Source: an uncultured Chloroflexia bacterium
Lineage (GTDB): Bacteria; Chloroflexota; Limnocylindria; Limnocylindrales; CSP1-4
Assembly (NCBI GenBank): GCA_963713975.1
Contig: OY970218.1
Coordinates: 1,088,001-1,152,000, forward strand
Length of the DNA: 64,000 bases
Reading direction: 5' to 3'
Below are positions 9,578 through 21,754 of the stretch, piece after piece. Under the pieces are notes generated by a model, which had not been told where the DNA came from, made no database searches, and worked only from the letters and a program-made list of their open reading frames with translations. Positions within the stretch are counted from its first letter, which is position 1. The number at the start of each line of letters is the position of its first letter. Both the position numbers and the translations under genes were made by a program.

Positions 9578-11239
9578 GTGCATCGGCTCTCGCGGCGTGA
9601 TTCCCTCGTTCTCCTCGCGGTCCTCGGAACCGGGGTCTTTCTTGCCGGCCTCGAGCTGATGATCACGGCGGTGGCCCTCCCGGCCATCGTCGTGGACCTG
9701 GCCGACTGGACGCGCCTCCGGGAGGCGTCCTGGATCATCAACGGCTACCTCCTGGTGTACGTCGTCACGATGCCCGTGGCGGGCAGGCTGGCAGACCTGT
9801 ACGGCGCGCGCCGCACGTTCCTCGTGGCCCTGTCGATCTTCACCCTCGGCTCGCTTCTGGCGGGCGCTGCGCCCACGCTCGAGTGGCTGATCGCGGCGCG
9901 CCTCGTGCAGGCCGTCGGCGGTGGCGCCCTGATCCCGATCGCGACCTCTGCGGCATCGCACCTGTTCGCAGGCAGGGCGCGACCGAGGGCGCTCGGGGTG
10001 ATCGGCGCCCTGACGTTCCTGGGCATGGCCGCGGGTCCGGTCCTGGGCGCCGCCATCCTGGGGGCCGTTCATGCCGAGGCCGCCCTGTCGCGGCTCGGGT
10101 TTGAGGCCGGGTCGACTGCCGCCGGCCTGCTGGCCCCATCGTGGCGCTGGGTTTTCTACGTGAACGTGCCCATCGGCACCGTGGCGCTGGTGATCGCCTG
10201 GGCGGCGAGCAGCGATTGGGAGACGCCGCGGCGCAAGGGTCGCGTGGACTTCGTGGGCGCCCTCCTGTTCTCGGCGTTCCTGGTGGGCTCGCTCGGCGCG
10301 CTGACGCTGCTCGGCTCGCAGGGATCAACGGCGGAAGGCCTGGACCCGACGACGGTCTCCCGGGTGCTGATCGTGATCGCCGCCGTCGCCGGGCCGACCA
10401 CGATCGTGCGCGGGCTCCGGGTGTCGGACCCGTTCCTGGACCCTCGCCTCTTCCGGTCGGCTCCGTTCTCCTCGGCGACACTGGTTTCGGCCCTTACCGG
10501 CTACGGGCTGGCGACGGCGATCGTGGGCGCGGCGGTGTTCGTGGACCGGGTGCTGTACGGCGGACCGGACGAGCAGCGACTCGCGCTCGGTGCCCTCGCC
10601 GGTGCGACGGCCGCTGGGGCGCTCCTGTCCGGGTTCGCGGTCCGGCTGCTGTCGCTGCGCATCGTCACGCTGCTGGGGCTGGGAGCCTCGATCGCCGGGT
10701 TGTGGCTCATGGCCTCGTGGACGCCCGCGACATCGGTCGAGCAGGCCGCCATCGCCCTCGCCATCTTCGGGGCGGGGTTCGGCCTCACGGTGACACCCCG
10801 CTCCACCGCCGCGGTGGAATCGGTATCGATCGATGCGTACGGGGTGGCGTCGTCGACCGTGACCGTTGCCCGGATGGTGGGCATGGCCGTCGGCCTCGCG
10901 ATCCTGACCGCGTACGGCTCGACGACGATCGACCGCCTGTACGACCAGATCTACGCCACGTCGGACGCCTACCTCCAGTACATTCCTGAGTCGCTCCAGG
11001 ACCGGCCGCTCCGGGACGGGCTGGTCGTTGAGGCTCTGGAGTCATGGGCGGCCGGCGAGGCGGCCCGGATCATGGTCGGCGTGTTCCTGGTCGCGGCCGT
11101 GGTGACCGCCGCGGCGATCCCGCCGTCGCTCCTCCTGGACCGGCGGCGGCGTATGCTCGGCGACGCCGGAGTGGACCCGGTGACGAGTGGAGCAGCGGAG
11201 CCCGATGCAGCCCCCGACGACAACGACGCCCGAGCCTGA
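9578..11239 (+). CDS. MFS transporter, DHA2 (14-TMS) type
   Basis: Motif A 'GRLADLYGARR', 'LIAARLVQAVGGG', 'GPVLG', 'WRWVFYVNVPIG'; -10 TACACT lies 6 nt before the GTG. Confidence 0.9.
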   Translation: MHRLSRRDSLVLLAVLGTGVFLAGLELMITAVALPAIVVDLADWTRLREASWIINGYLLVYVVTMPVAGRLADLYGARRTFLVALSIFTLGSLLAGAAPTLEWLIAARLVQAVGGGALIPIATSAASHLFAGRARPRALGVIGALTFLGMAAGPVLGAAILGAVHAEAALSRLGFEAGSTAAGLLAPSWRWVFYVNVPIGTVALVIAWAASSDWETPRRKGRVDFVGALLFSAFLVGSLGALTLLGSQGSTAEGLDPTTVSRVLIVIAAVAGPTTIVRGLRVSDPFLDPRLFRSAPFSSATLVSALTGYGLATAIVGAAVFVDRVLYGGPDEQRLALGALAGATAAGALLSGFAVRLLSLRIVTLLGLGASIAGLWLMASWTPATSVEQAAIALAIFGAGFGLTVTPRSTAAVESVSIDAYGVASSTVTVARMVGMAVGLAILTAYGSTTIDRLYDQIYATSDAYLQYIPESLQDRPLRDGLVVEALESWAAGEAARIMVGVFLVAAVVTAAAIPPSLLLDRRRRMLGDAGVDPVTSGAAEPDAAPDDNDARA

Positions 11240-12239
11240 CGTCCCACTGGCCGGCGGCGCCGTGCCCGACGAGGCGTGGCCCCGGATCCGGGGTGTCTCC
11301 TGGACGCCCGCCGGCACACAGTCGATCGACGACCGCGAGACGCTCTCGCGGGCGCTGGCCGACCCGGAGGCCCGCCTGTGGGTGGACGTCACGGCGCCGT
11401 CGCATGTCCAGGTCACGGACATCGCCGACCTGCTCACGCTCCATCCCCTCATCGCCGAGGACATCGCCGAGCGCAATCAGCGGGCCAAGGTGGAGGAGAT
11501 CGGGGGCGCTATCCATGTCGTCATGTTCTGGATCTCCCACAAGTCCAGGATCGCCGAGGTCGAGATCGACCTGGTGCTCACCCATCGATCGCTGCTGACC
11601 GTCCACGAGCCCGGCTGGGACCCGTTCGCGATGCAGCAGCTCCGGGGCGATCCGGGCAGCCTGCTCCGCCGGGGCCCCGACTTCCTGCTCTACGCCCTGA
11701 CCGACGGCATCGTGGACGGCTACTTCCCGGTGCTGGACGCGATCGAGGACGAGATAGACGCGCTCCAGGACGACGTGATCGCGAACCCAAGCTCGACGAC
11801 GCTGGAGCGCCTGTTCGCCCTCAAGCGGGACCTCATCGGTCTGCGCAGGGCGATGTCGCCTGCCCGCGAGATCTTCAACCAGCTCACGAACCGCGACCTG
11901 GACCTCGTGGCGCCCGAGCATGTCGTGTACTTCCGCGACGTGTACGACCACCTGATCCGCGTCACCGACGAGCTGGACAACGACCGCGAGCTCGTCGCCG
12001 GCACCCTCGAGGTGTACCTGTCCACCGTCAACAACAACCTGTCGGTGATCATGAAGCGGCTGACGGGTGTGACGGTGATCCTCGCGGGGATCGCCGCGGT
12101 CGCCGGGCTGTTCGGGATGAGCGAGGCCGGCGCCGCGATCGCCGGGCGCGAGGGTGGCGGTTTCTGGCTGGTGACCACGATCGTCGTCGCCGGGGCAGTG
12201 TCGACCGCAGCCGTGCTCCGCCGGATCAACTGGATCTAG
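11205..12239 (+). CDS. corA: CorA-family Mg2+/divalent cation transporter
   Basis: 'LHPLIAED...QRAKVE', 'YFRDVYDHL', 'MKRLT'; the signature reads FGMS rather than YGMN. Confidence 0.85.
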   Translation: MQPPTTTTPEPDVPLAGGAVPDEAWPRIRGVSWTPAGTQSIDDRETLSRALADPEARLWVDVTAPSHVQVTDIADLLTLHPLIAEDIAERNQRAKVEEIGGAIHVVMFWISHKSRIAEVEIDLVLTHRSLLTVHEPGWDPFAMQQLRGDPGSLLRRGPDFLLYALTDGIVDGYFPVLDAIEDEIDALQDDVIANPSSTTLERLFALKRDLIGLRRAMSPAREIFNQLTNRDLDLVAPEHVVYFRDVYDHLIRVTDELDNDRELVAGTLEVYLSTVNNNLSVIMKRLTGVTVILAGIAAVAGLFGMSEAGAAIAGREGGGFWLVTTIVVAGAVSTAAVLRRINWI

Positions 12240-12282
12240 GGTCGCGCCGCCCACGTCGTCCGCGGCTCACCCCAGCCGACCG

Positions 12283-13032
12283 TCAGCCGCACACCACGGG
12301 CTTGGGCTTCGGGTTCGCGTCCTCGTGGGAGGCCGCGGACACGGAGATCAGGGAGGCCCGCAGCTGTGTCTTGCCCAGCGTCCCCTTCGGCCCCTCCGAT
12401 GTCTGGAGCCAGAGCTCCTCGTCGGTGGCCGCCAGGGCGTCCTCGAGGTCGAGGGCATGCAGCCGGTATTCCTCGATCTCGTACAGGTAGACCTTGTCGT
12501 CGCTGCTGTAGACCTGGACGACCATGCCGAGCATCTTCTTGGCGTTGCGCTTCGGGATCGCCAGCTCGTAGATCGGGCCGAACATGCCGTCCCGCGCGTG
12601 TGCGTAGAGGTATGTCGCGCGGCCCTCGCCAGGTTGCCCGAAGGCGTCCTTGGCCTCGCTCTTGCCGGTCTGGAGATACATCGCCACGTTGCACAGCGGG
12701 TAGCCGCTGTTGCCCTTGACGACAGGCAGGTCGATCTTGAGCGCGGGGATGGCCACGCGGGTCGCGACGGCCCGCTCGCCCGGTGCCGTGGGACTCGGGG
12801 ACACGGAGGCGGTTGGCGTGGAGTCGGGGGACAGGCTCGGCGTCGGGCTGGGCTCTGTCGTGGGCGACGACGTGGGTGCCAGCGTCTCGACGACCGCCAC
12901 CTGCTCGGGCGTGGTGCCCGGCGTCGCAGAGTCGGCGTACGAGAGCAGTCCGGCCGTGATCAGCACCACGCCCATCGCCGTCACGAGGGCCGGGAGCAGG
13001 CGCCAGCGGATGAGGTGGAGCAGCGACGACAT
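12283..13032 (-). CDS. Sortase-fold membrane-anchored protein with Ser in place of the catalytic Cys
   Basis: N-terminal TM, Pro/Thr/Ser linker, 'RVAIPALKIDLPV', 'YLYAHA', 'LWLQTSEG' (canonical TLxTC). Confidence 0.7.
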   Translation of the reverse strand: MSSLLHLIRWRLLPALVTAMGVVLITAGLLSYADSATPGTTPEQVAVVETLAPTSSPTTEPSPTPSLSPDSTPTASVSPSPTAPGERAVATRVAIPALKIDLPVVKGNSGYPLCNVAMYLQTGKSEAKDAFGQPGEGRATYLYAHARDGMFGPIYELAIPKRNAKKMLGMVVQVYSSDDKVYLYEIEEYRLHALDLEDALAATDEELWLQTSEGPKGTLGKTQLRASLISVSAASHEDANPKPKPVVCG

Positions 13033-13100
13033 CGTGCCGAGATGCTATGCGAGCACGGCGGATCCTGCCCCCACCCGTTCGGGCTGGTACGCTCGAACCG

Positions 13101-13817
13101 ATGGGTGGGAAGAGCGTGATCGTACTGGGGCTGGTCGCAGGTGTCGTCGTGGGCGGCCTGCTGGTCGGCGGACTCGTGGCCCTGACGCCCGGTCCGGCGA
13201 GCCCGGTGAACCCAACGCCCGCCGCCTCGGGACCGCCGCCCGCGACAGCGCCGCCCTCGACACCGCCGCCCCCGGCTCCGTCCACGTCCGCACCGGAGAG
13301 CACGACGCCGGCACCCCCGCCCACGGCACCCGCGGCGCCTGCCTCGAGCGATCCCTCCCCGTCGTCCGGGACCGCCGCCTTCGGCATCGGGGAGGTGGCT
13401 CCGCCGCTCGTCGTGCCGCTGCTCGGTGGTGGCACCGCGGACCTCGCCTCGTATCGGGGCAAGCCCGTCTGGGTCAACTTCATGGCGACCTGGTGCCCCT
13501 CGTGTGCCGACGAGCTGCCCCTGATGGCCGGCTATGCGGCCCGCTACGCGGAGTCGGGTCTCGAGGTGCTGCCGGTGGACGTGCGCGAGGACGAGGCGGC
13601 CGTTCAGGCGCTGTTCGACGCTGTAGCTCCCTCGCTCACCGCGGGCCTGGACCAGGACGGCGCGGCACAGGCGGCATGGGACGCCCTCGCCCTGCCGGTC
13701 CACTTCTGGATCGACGCGGACGGCATCGTCCGTGACGGCGCGCTGGGAGCGATCGGACCGGACGTGATGGCGCGCGGCCTGCAGGCGATCCTGCCCGGAG
13801 AGATCGTCACACCCTGA
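13101..13817 (+). CDS. TlpA/ResA-family membrane-anchored thioredoxin-like protein
   Basis: TM, Pro-rich linker, 'GKPVWVNFMATWCPSC..ELP', 'ALPVHFWID'. Confidence 0.9.
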   Translation: MGGKSVIVLGLVAGVVVGGLLVGGLVALTPGPASPVNPTPAASGPPPATAPPSTPPPPAPSTSAPESTTPAPPPTAPAAPASSDPSPSSGTAAFGIGEVAPPLVVPLLGGGTADLASYRGKPVWVNFMATWCPSCADELPLMAGYAARYAESGLEVLPVDVREDEAAVQALFDAVAPSLTAGLDQDGAAQAAWDALALPVHFWIDADGIVRDGALGAIGPDVMARGLQAILPGEIVTP

Positions 13818-13923
13818 CACCGAGCAGGTCTGTCAGCCGGCCACGAGCAGCGGGTGCGTCAAGGACGGTAATGCTTATCCGCTTGCTTCAACACACCACA
13901 ACATGTAGGGGCAGGCAGGTGGA

Positions 13924-14379
13924 CTACACGCCGAGGCCGGCACTCCGCAGCAGGGTGACGAAATGGTCCGGGAGCGGCCCCGCTCCCCACGGCTCGACCC
14001 GCATCTCGGACGAAAGCATGGGCTGGGTAACCACCCATGTCGGAGGGTTCATCCACGCGTCCTCGCCGCCGAGCGGCTGGAAGGACACCAGCGCGACGAA
14101 GTCGCCACCGCGTCGGGTTGTCGCGCCCTCGTCACGAACGTCGGCGACGGCCACCATGGAGGCGGCCATGCCTGGCACTTGTGCGATCACGCTAGCGATG
14201 ACCGCTTCGCACGGCTCGCCCTGAAGTTCGCCGCAAACGTGCCGTTGCTCGGCAATCGCCGAGGGCGAGGCGGACGGTGACGGAGCCGGGGGCTGTTGCG
14301 TCGGACCCGTTGTGGGCTGAACCTGGCTGCACGCGGCAACGGCGATGACCGCGAGCACCAGCAGAGCGATGCGTTTCAT
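13924..14379 (-). CDS. Hypothetical lipoprotein
   Basis: MKR + hydrophobic stretch + lipobox VAAC; Pro/Ser linker; an additional Cys pair. Confidence 0.65.
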   Translation of the reverse strand: MKRIALLVLAVIAVAACSQVQPTTGPTQQPPAPSPSASPSAIAEQRHVCGELQGEPCEAVIASVIAQVPGMAASMVAVADVRDEGATTRRGGDFVALVSFQPLGGEDAWMNPPTWVVTQPMLSSEMRVEPWGAGPLPDHFVTLLRSAGLGV

Positions 14380-14484
14380 GACCATCTGACGACCCCAGGG
14401 CGAGAGTTGTTTCCACAGCACTCTGTGACGGGGTTGGATCTTGTCAAGCGCAAGAGCGGCCTTGCGGCAAGTGTTCCTTCATCT

Positions 14485-15060
14485 ATGAGCCGCGGCCTGA
14501 CCAGGGTCCCCTTGATCGGGACGCTCGTCCTGACGCTGGTCATCTTCTTCGTGGTCCAGAACTTCGTCGCCCAGCCGTTCAAGGTGGATCAGCACTCGAT
14601 GGAGCGGACCTTTGCCGAGGGCGACTACGTCCTTGTCGATCGCCTGACGGGTCGCTGGAGTCCAGACGCACGCGGCCAGGTCGTCGTGTTCCAGCCACCC
14701 CCCGATTGGACGGACAGGCCGGAGCCCTACATCAAGCGCGTGATCGGCGTGGGCGGCGACACGGTCGAGGTTCGCGACGGGCAGGTCTTCGTCAACGGCA
14801 CCGCACTCGATGAGCCCTACCTCTTCCGCAACGACGCCGGCGTGGCCGAGCCCACCGAGACCGGCGATCAAGCCCGCTGGGTCGTGCCCGATGGTGAGCT
14901 GTTCGTGATGGGCGATCACCGTCAGAAGTCGGTCGACAGCCGCGTCTTCGGGGCCATTCCCGCCGCCTCTGTCCTCGGGCGCGGGGTCGCTCGCTACTGG
15001 CCGCTGGCGCAGTTCGGTATCGTCGAGACTCCGACCTACGACAGCATCTCCGCTCCTTGA
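14485..15060 (+). CDS. lepB: Signal peptidase I
   Basis: Ser box 'HSMERT', Lys box 'YIKRVIG', 'MGDHR..SVDSRVFG'. Confidence 0.92.
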   Translation: MSRGLTRVPLIGTLVLTLVIFFVVQNFVAQPFKVDQHSMERTFAEGDYVLVDRLTGRWSPDARGQVVVFQPPPDWTDRPEPYIKRVIGVGGDTVEVRDGQVFVNGTALDEPYLFRNDAGVAEPTETGDQARWVVPDGELFVMGDHRQKSVDSRVFGAIPAASVLGRGVARYWPLAQFGIVETPTYDSISAP

Positions 15061-15231
15061 CCATGCCCGGGGAATGTGGCGTGGGTTGTCGGGGCGTCGC
15101 TGGTCGGCCCCACCGCGGACAGGCACGGGTTCGGCCCAACAGGCTGGAGGTGTCTTCTCACGAGCCGTGTCTCGGGCGGGCTCGTAGGGCACTCGGACCC
15201 GCACCCAGCGGATGCGCGTCAGCCCGGCAGA

Positions 15232-15588
15232 TCAGGGCCAGCCGATGAGCAGCGACTCGCCCGGACCGACGCACGCACCCTCGATCCGATCGCCTTCTCG
15301 CAACACCACAGAGCCGCTCGCGTTGAGGACTTCGAGCGACGGAACGAAGCGGGCGGTGAAGCCCGTCGGGAACACAACGCTCAAATCCCCAGGCCCCGGC
15401 TCGAGCCAGACCACACGCGGGTCGGTCGGGCTGCCGTGGAGTGTCGCATCCGCCAGCCCGACGCCGGCGCACTCTTGGCCGGTGGTGTCGATCGTCCGGA
15501 TGGCGGGGGTGGGCGAGGGCGCCGACCCGCACGAGGCGACTGCGAACGTCATCGCCGAAGCGATGGCCAGGAGCGCTCTCTGGCCCAT
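15232..15588 (-). CDS. Hypothetical lipoprotein
   Basis: Lipobox 'AVASC'; 'VVFPTGFTARF', 'VVLREGDRI'. Confidence 0.55.
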   Translation of the reverse strand: MGQRALLAIASAMTFAVASCGSAPSPTPAIRTIDTTGQECAGVGLADATLHGSPTDPRVVWLEPGPGDLSVVFPTGFTARFVPSLEVLNASGSVVLREGDRIEGACVGPGESLLIGWP

Positions 15589-15717
15589 CGCTGCGCGGCG
15601 CGCGTGCTGGTGCCTACCGGCCTCTGGCATCTCGCCCCTCGCCTGTGTCTGCGCATCTTTTTCGGCCTGTCCGCGCGTGGCCGCCAGCGGCTGAGATGGA
15701 CTGCAACGTACCACCTG

Positions 15718-16270
15718 TCAGCCGACCACCAGCAGCAACCCCTCGCGCAGCAGCCCGACGGCGAAGGCCACCAGCAGCACCGCGAGGGCCCGCATCACCA
15801 GGTGGTAGCCGGGTCCCGCGATCTTGCCGCGAGCCCGACCGGCCACCAGTGCGATGCCGACCTTGGACCCCACGAGGCAGCCGTAGAACCCGAGCAGGAA
15901 CGCCGCCGCCGCCGGGATCCCTCCCGAGGCGTACGCGGCAAGCAGCGTCGGCGCGCCAACGGCGATCCAGAACAGCCAGGGATGTGGGCTGAGGCTGTTC
16001 ACGACGATGCCTCGCGTCCATGACCGCGGTGCCGGCGCCAGCTCGCCCCGTGATGATCGCCAGCGGCCACGACGTGCCCGCCACGGTCTCCACGACGAGG
16101 ACGCTGATCACGACGATCGGCAGGTCCGTGATCAGGTGTGCCAGCGCGACGCGCAGCCCCTGGCCGAGGCCGTGGCGCACGGTCTGCGAGATGACGAGCG
16201 CGAGCAGCGGTCCAGGGGCGAGCCCGGCCGACAATCCGAACAGGGCCCCGGTTGCGAGGGCGTCGATCAT
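15718..16270 (-). pseudogene. LysE-family translocator, frameshifted with an internal deletion
   Basis: N-terminus 'GLSAGLAPGPLLALVISQT' and C-terminus 'RGIVVNSLSPHPWLFW' lie in different frames (553 nt total); junction near 16050. Confidence 0.75.
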
Positions 16271-16321
16271 GGCACTGGGGGTTGTGGCCGGTCCGAGGAG
16301 CCCACCCGTGGTGGTCCCGTC

Positions 16322-17785
16322 CTAGAGGATCGCTGCGGCGGCCGTCCCGACGATGTCCAGCAGCAGGCTCGGGAACAGGCCCATCATGACGGTCACGACG
16401 GACGCCACGGCGAGGCCAGCCCAGACCAGGCGGCCGTGCCGCAGCGGCGGCAACTCCTCGGCGGGATCGCGCATGAACATGTACACGACGACGCGCAGGT
16501 AGTAGAAGGCCGCCACGGCCGCGTTGAGCACGGTCAGGACCGCCAGGACGTTCAGCCAGCCACCCACCTCGACCGCGGATGAGATCACGAGGAACTTGCC
16601 GAAGAAGCCGGCCGTGGGCGGGATGCCAGTGAGGCTGAGCATGAACAGGGTCATCAGCCAGGCCAGTGCGGGCTCGCGGCGGATGAGGCCGGCAAAGCTC
16701 GAGAGGTTGCTCGTGATCCCGCGCCGCCGCTGGATGGCCACGATGACCGCGAACGCGCCGAGGTTCATGAACGCGTAGGCGGCACCGTAGAACAGCAGCG
16801 CCTCCATCCCCGCGATGTTGCCGGCGGCGTACGCCGCGAACGCGACCAGCATGTAGCCGGTGTGCGCAATCGACGAGTAGGCCAGCATCCGCTTGACGTT
16901 GTCCTGCGTCAGGGCCACCAGGTTGCCGAGGGTCATGGTCAGCGCCGCGAGCACCATGATCACGGCGTTCCAGTCCGCGGCCATGGGGCCGAGCGCCTCG
17001 GCGAACAGCCGGATGATCAGCGCGAACGCCCCGATCTTGGGTCCCACGGACAGGTAGCCGGTGACGGGCGTCGGGGAGCCCTGGTACGCGTCGGGTGTCC
17101 AGTAGTGGAACGGGACCGCCGCGATCTTGAAGGCGACGCCCGTGGTCAGGAACGCGAGGCCCATGCCCAGGCCGGGCGGGAACGGTGCGGCCCCGGACAC
17201 CATGCCCTCCAGCGCCGCCGCCACGCCTTCGATCCGGGTGGTGCCGGTGAGGCCCCACACGAACGCGAGGCCGAACAGGAAGATCGCCGACGAGAACGAG
17301 CCGAGCAGGAAGTACTTGATCGCGCCCTCGGTGCTGTACCCGTCGCTCTTGTGGTAGCCGGCAAGGACGTAGCCCGGGAGGACCATGAGCTCGAGGCCGA
17401 GGAACAGGACCAGCAGGTCCGCGGAGCCCGCGATCAGCATGGCCCCCGACATGGCGAAGACGATGATCGCGGCGAACTCCGCGACCGGCAGCCCGCGCTC
17501 CTCGAGGTAGTCGGGTGCGAAGGCCATGGTCAGGGCAACGATCGCCACGAACAACAGGTCCAGGAACGTGGCCAGGGGATCCACGATGTAAGCGCCGCCG
17601 AACGAGTCTCCCTCCGTCTGGCCGGTCAACACCACGAGGACCGCGATGAGCGCGAGCCCGGCGAAGGTCGTGACCAGGGCCGGGACCTTGCGCCCGGGGA
17701 AGATGAAGTCCACGGCGAGGATCGCGGCGGCGACGAGGATCGCCGCGACGAAGGGCGCCAGCGTGACGATGTCGGGGAAGGTCAC
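16322..17785 (-). CDS. nuoN: NADH-quinone oxidoreductase subunit N
   Basis: 'EGAIKYFLLGS', 'FKIAAVPFHYWTPDAYQGSP', 'KRMLAYSSIAH'; GGAGG RBS before the GTG. Confidence 0.96.
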   Translation of the reverse strand: MTFPDIVTLAPFVAAILVAAAILAVDFIFPGRKVPALVTTFAGLALIAVLVVLTGQTEGDSFGGAYIVDPLATFLDLLFVAIVALTMAFAPDYLEERGLPVAEFAAIIVFAMSGAMLIAGSADLLVLFLGLELMVLPGYVLAGYHKSDGYSTEGAIKYFLLGSFSSAIFLFGLAFVWGLTGTTRIEGVAAALEGMVSGAAPFPPGLGMGLAFLTTGVAFKIAAVPFHYWTPDAYQGSPTPVTGYLSVGPKIGAFALIIRLFAEALGPMAADWNAVIMVLAALTMTLGNLVALTQDNVKRMLAYSSIAHTGYMLVAFAAYAAGNIAGMEALLFYGAAYAFMNLGAFAVIVAIQRRRGITSNLSSFAGLIRREPALAWLMTLFMLSLTGIPPTAGFFGKFLVISSAVEVGGWLNVLAVLTVLNAAVAAFYYLRVVVYMFMRDPAEELPPLRHGRLVWAGLAVASVVTVMMGLFPSLLLDIVGTAAAAIL

Positions 17786-17795
17786 CGGTGTCCTC

Positions 17796-19348
17796 CTACC
17801 GCCACAGGCCGAGGGCGATGGGCGAGGCCTGCGAGACGGCAGCAAGCGCGTAGTCGACGGAGCCCGCGATCAGGTCCAGGATCAGGCCCGGCCAGAGGCC
17901 GAACACGACGACCAGCGCCCCAAGCGGCACCAGCGTCATGGCCTCCACCGGCCGCATGTCGGTCAGGTGGTGTCCAAGGCCCTTGAGGAAGTCCGACACG
18001 TCTCCGAACGCCACCCGCTGGAACATCCACAGCAGGTAGCCCGCGGCCAGGATCATCACGAAGGTCGCGATTGCCGCAGCGGCGTAGTTGCCGGACTCGA
18101 ACGTGCCCAGCAGCGTCAGGAACTCGCCCACGAACCCGGACAGGCCGGGCAGGCCGACCGAGGCGAAGACGAAGAAGCCGAAGGCGGCCGCGAACACGGG
18201 CACCGGAGCGCCCAGGCCGCCCATCTTGGCGATCGTGCGGTCGTGGGTGCGCTCGTAGATGACGCCCACGAGGAGGAACAGCGCGCCGGTGATCAGGCCG
18301 TGGTTGACCATCTGGAGGATCGCGCCCTGCATGCCCTGCTCCTGGAACACGAAGATGCCGAGGGTCACGAAGCCCATGTGGGAGACGGACGAGTACGCGA
18401 CCAGCTTCTTGAGGTCCGGCTGAACGAGGGCGACGATCGCGCCGTAGATGATCCCGATCAGCGACAGGACGATGATCAGCGGGGCCCACGAGTGGGCCGC
18501 CTCGGGGAACAGCGGCAGCGCGAACCGGATGAACCCGTACCCGCCCAGCTTGAGCAGGACGCCGGCCAGGATCACCGACCCGGCCGTGGGCGCCTCGACG
18601 TGCGCGTCGGGGAGCCACGTGTGGAAGGGGAACATCGGGACCTTGATCGCGAAGGCCAGGAAGAAGGCGCCGAAGGCCAGCAGGCCGAAGGTGCCGCCGA
18701 ACGCACCGGTGGCGGCGTACTCGGACAGCGCCTGGACGTTGAACGCTCCCACCCAGCTGCCGTCGTGCCCGGCCTGGTAGGTGTACGCGGTGGCCAGGAT
18801 CGCGACCAGCATCAGCAGCGAGCCGACGAGGGTGTAGAGGACGAACTTGATGGTGGCGTAGATGCGGTTCGTGCCGCCCCAGATACCGATGATCAGGTAC
18901 ATCGGCACCAGGACCAGCTCCCAGAAGACGTAGAACAGGAACATGTCCATCGCCACGAACACACCGATCATGCCGACTTCCAGGACCAGGAAGGAGATCA
19001 TGTACTCCTTCACCCGGGTCTGGATGGGGCTGAACGAGGCCAGGATGCTGATCCAGGTCAGCGTCGTCGTCAGGACGACGAGGACCAGCGAGAGACCGTC
19101 GACGCCGACGGCGTACTGGATCCCAAATGCCGGGATCCACTCCGCGACCTCCTTGAACTGGAAGCCCGGCTCGCCAGCGACGAAGGCCACGAGCAGTGCC
19201 AGCGAGGCCACCCAGGCCGCCAGCGCGAACCCGAGGGCCACGTAGCGGGCGAGGTTCGGGCGGCTCCGAGGCGTCACCGCGACGACGAGCGCCCCGAGCA
19301 GGGGCAGGAACGTCACGATGGTCACCAGCGGCAACCCGTTGAGTGCGG

Positions 19349-19352
<4 letters not shown>
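17796..19352 (-). CDS. nuoM: NADH-quinone oxidoreductase subunit M
   Basis: 'IKVPMFPFHTWLPDAHVEAPT', 'LLKLGGYG', 'KKLVAYSSVSHMG'. Confidence 0.97.
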
Positions 19353-21409
<2,057 letters not shown>

Positions 21410-21421
21410 CTCGGTCGCCGC

Positions 21422-21754
21422 CTACTGCCGCATCGCGTCGTACTCGTCGACGAGTGGCGTCTTCTTGTTGCGGTAGATCGCGATCACGATCGCGAGGCCC
21501 ACCGTCGCCTCCGCGGCCGCTGCCGCCATGACGATCAGCGCGATGACGGACGCGTCCACGTTGAGCGACAGGCTGAAGGCGCCGAACGCGATGATCGCGA
21601 GGTTGACGGCGTTGAGCATCAGCTCGATCGACATCAGCATGCTGATCGCGTTCCGCCGGGCCAGGAAGCCGAACGAGCCGATGGCGAACAGGAGGCCGGC
21701 CAGGATCAGGTAGGCGTCGAGGCTCTGCGAGACGTTGTCGAGGAAGGACAGCAT
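21422..21754 (-). CDS. nuoK: NADH-quinone oxidoreductase subunit K
   Basis: 'RRNAISMLMSIELMLNAVNL', 'AAAEATVGLAIV'. Confidence 0.96.
   Translation of the reverse strand: MLSFLDNVSQSLDAYLILAGLLFAIGSFGFLARRNAISMLMSIELMLNAVNLAIIAFGAFSLSLNVDASVIALIVMAAAAAEATVGLAIVIAIYRNKKTPLVDEYDAMRQ

Noticed and set aside
13860-16300. Mobile element or prophage
   Set aside because: Accessory-looking, but no transposase, integrase or terminal repeats were seen.
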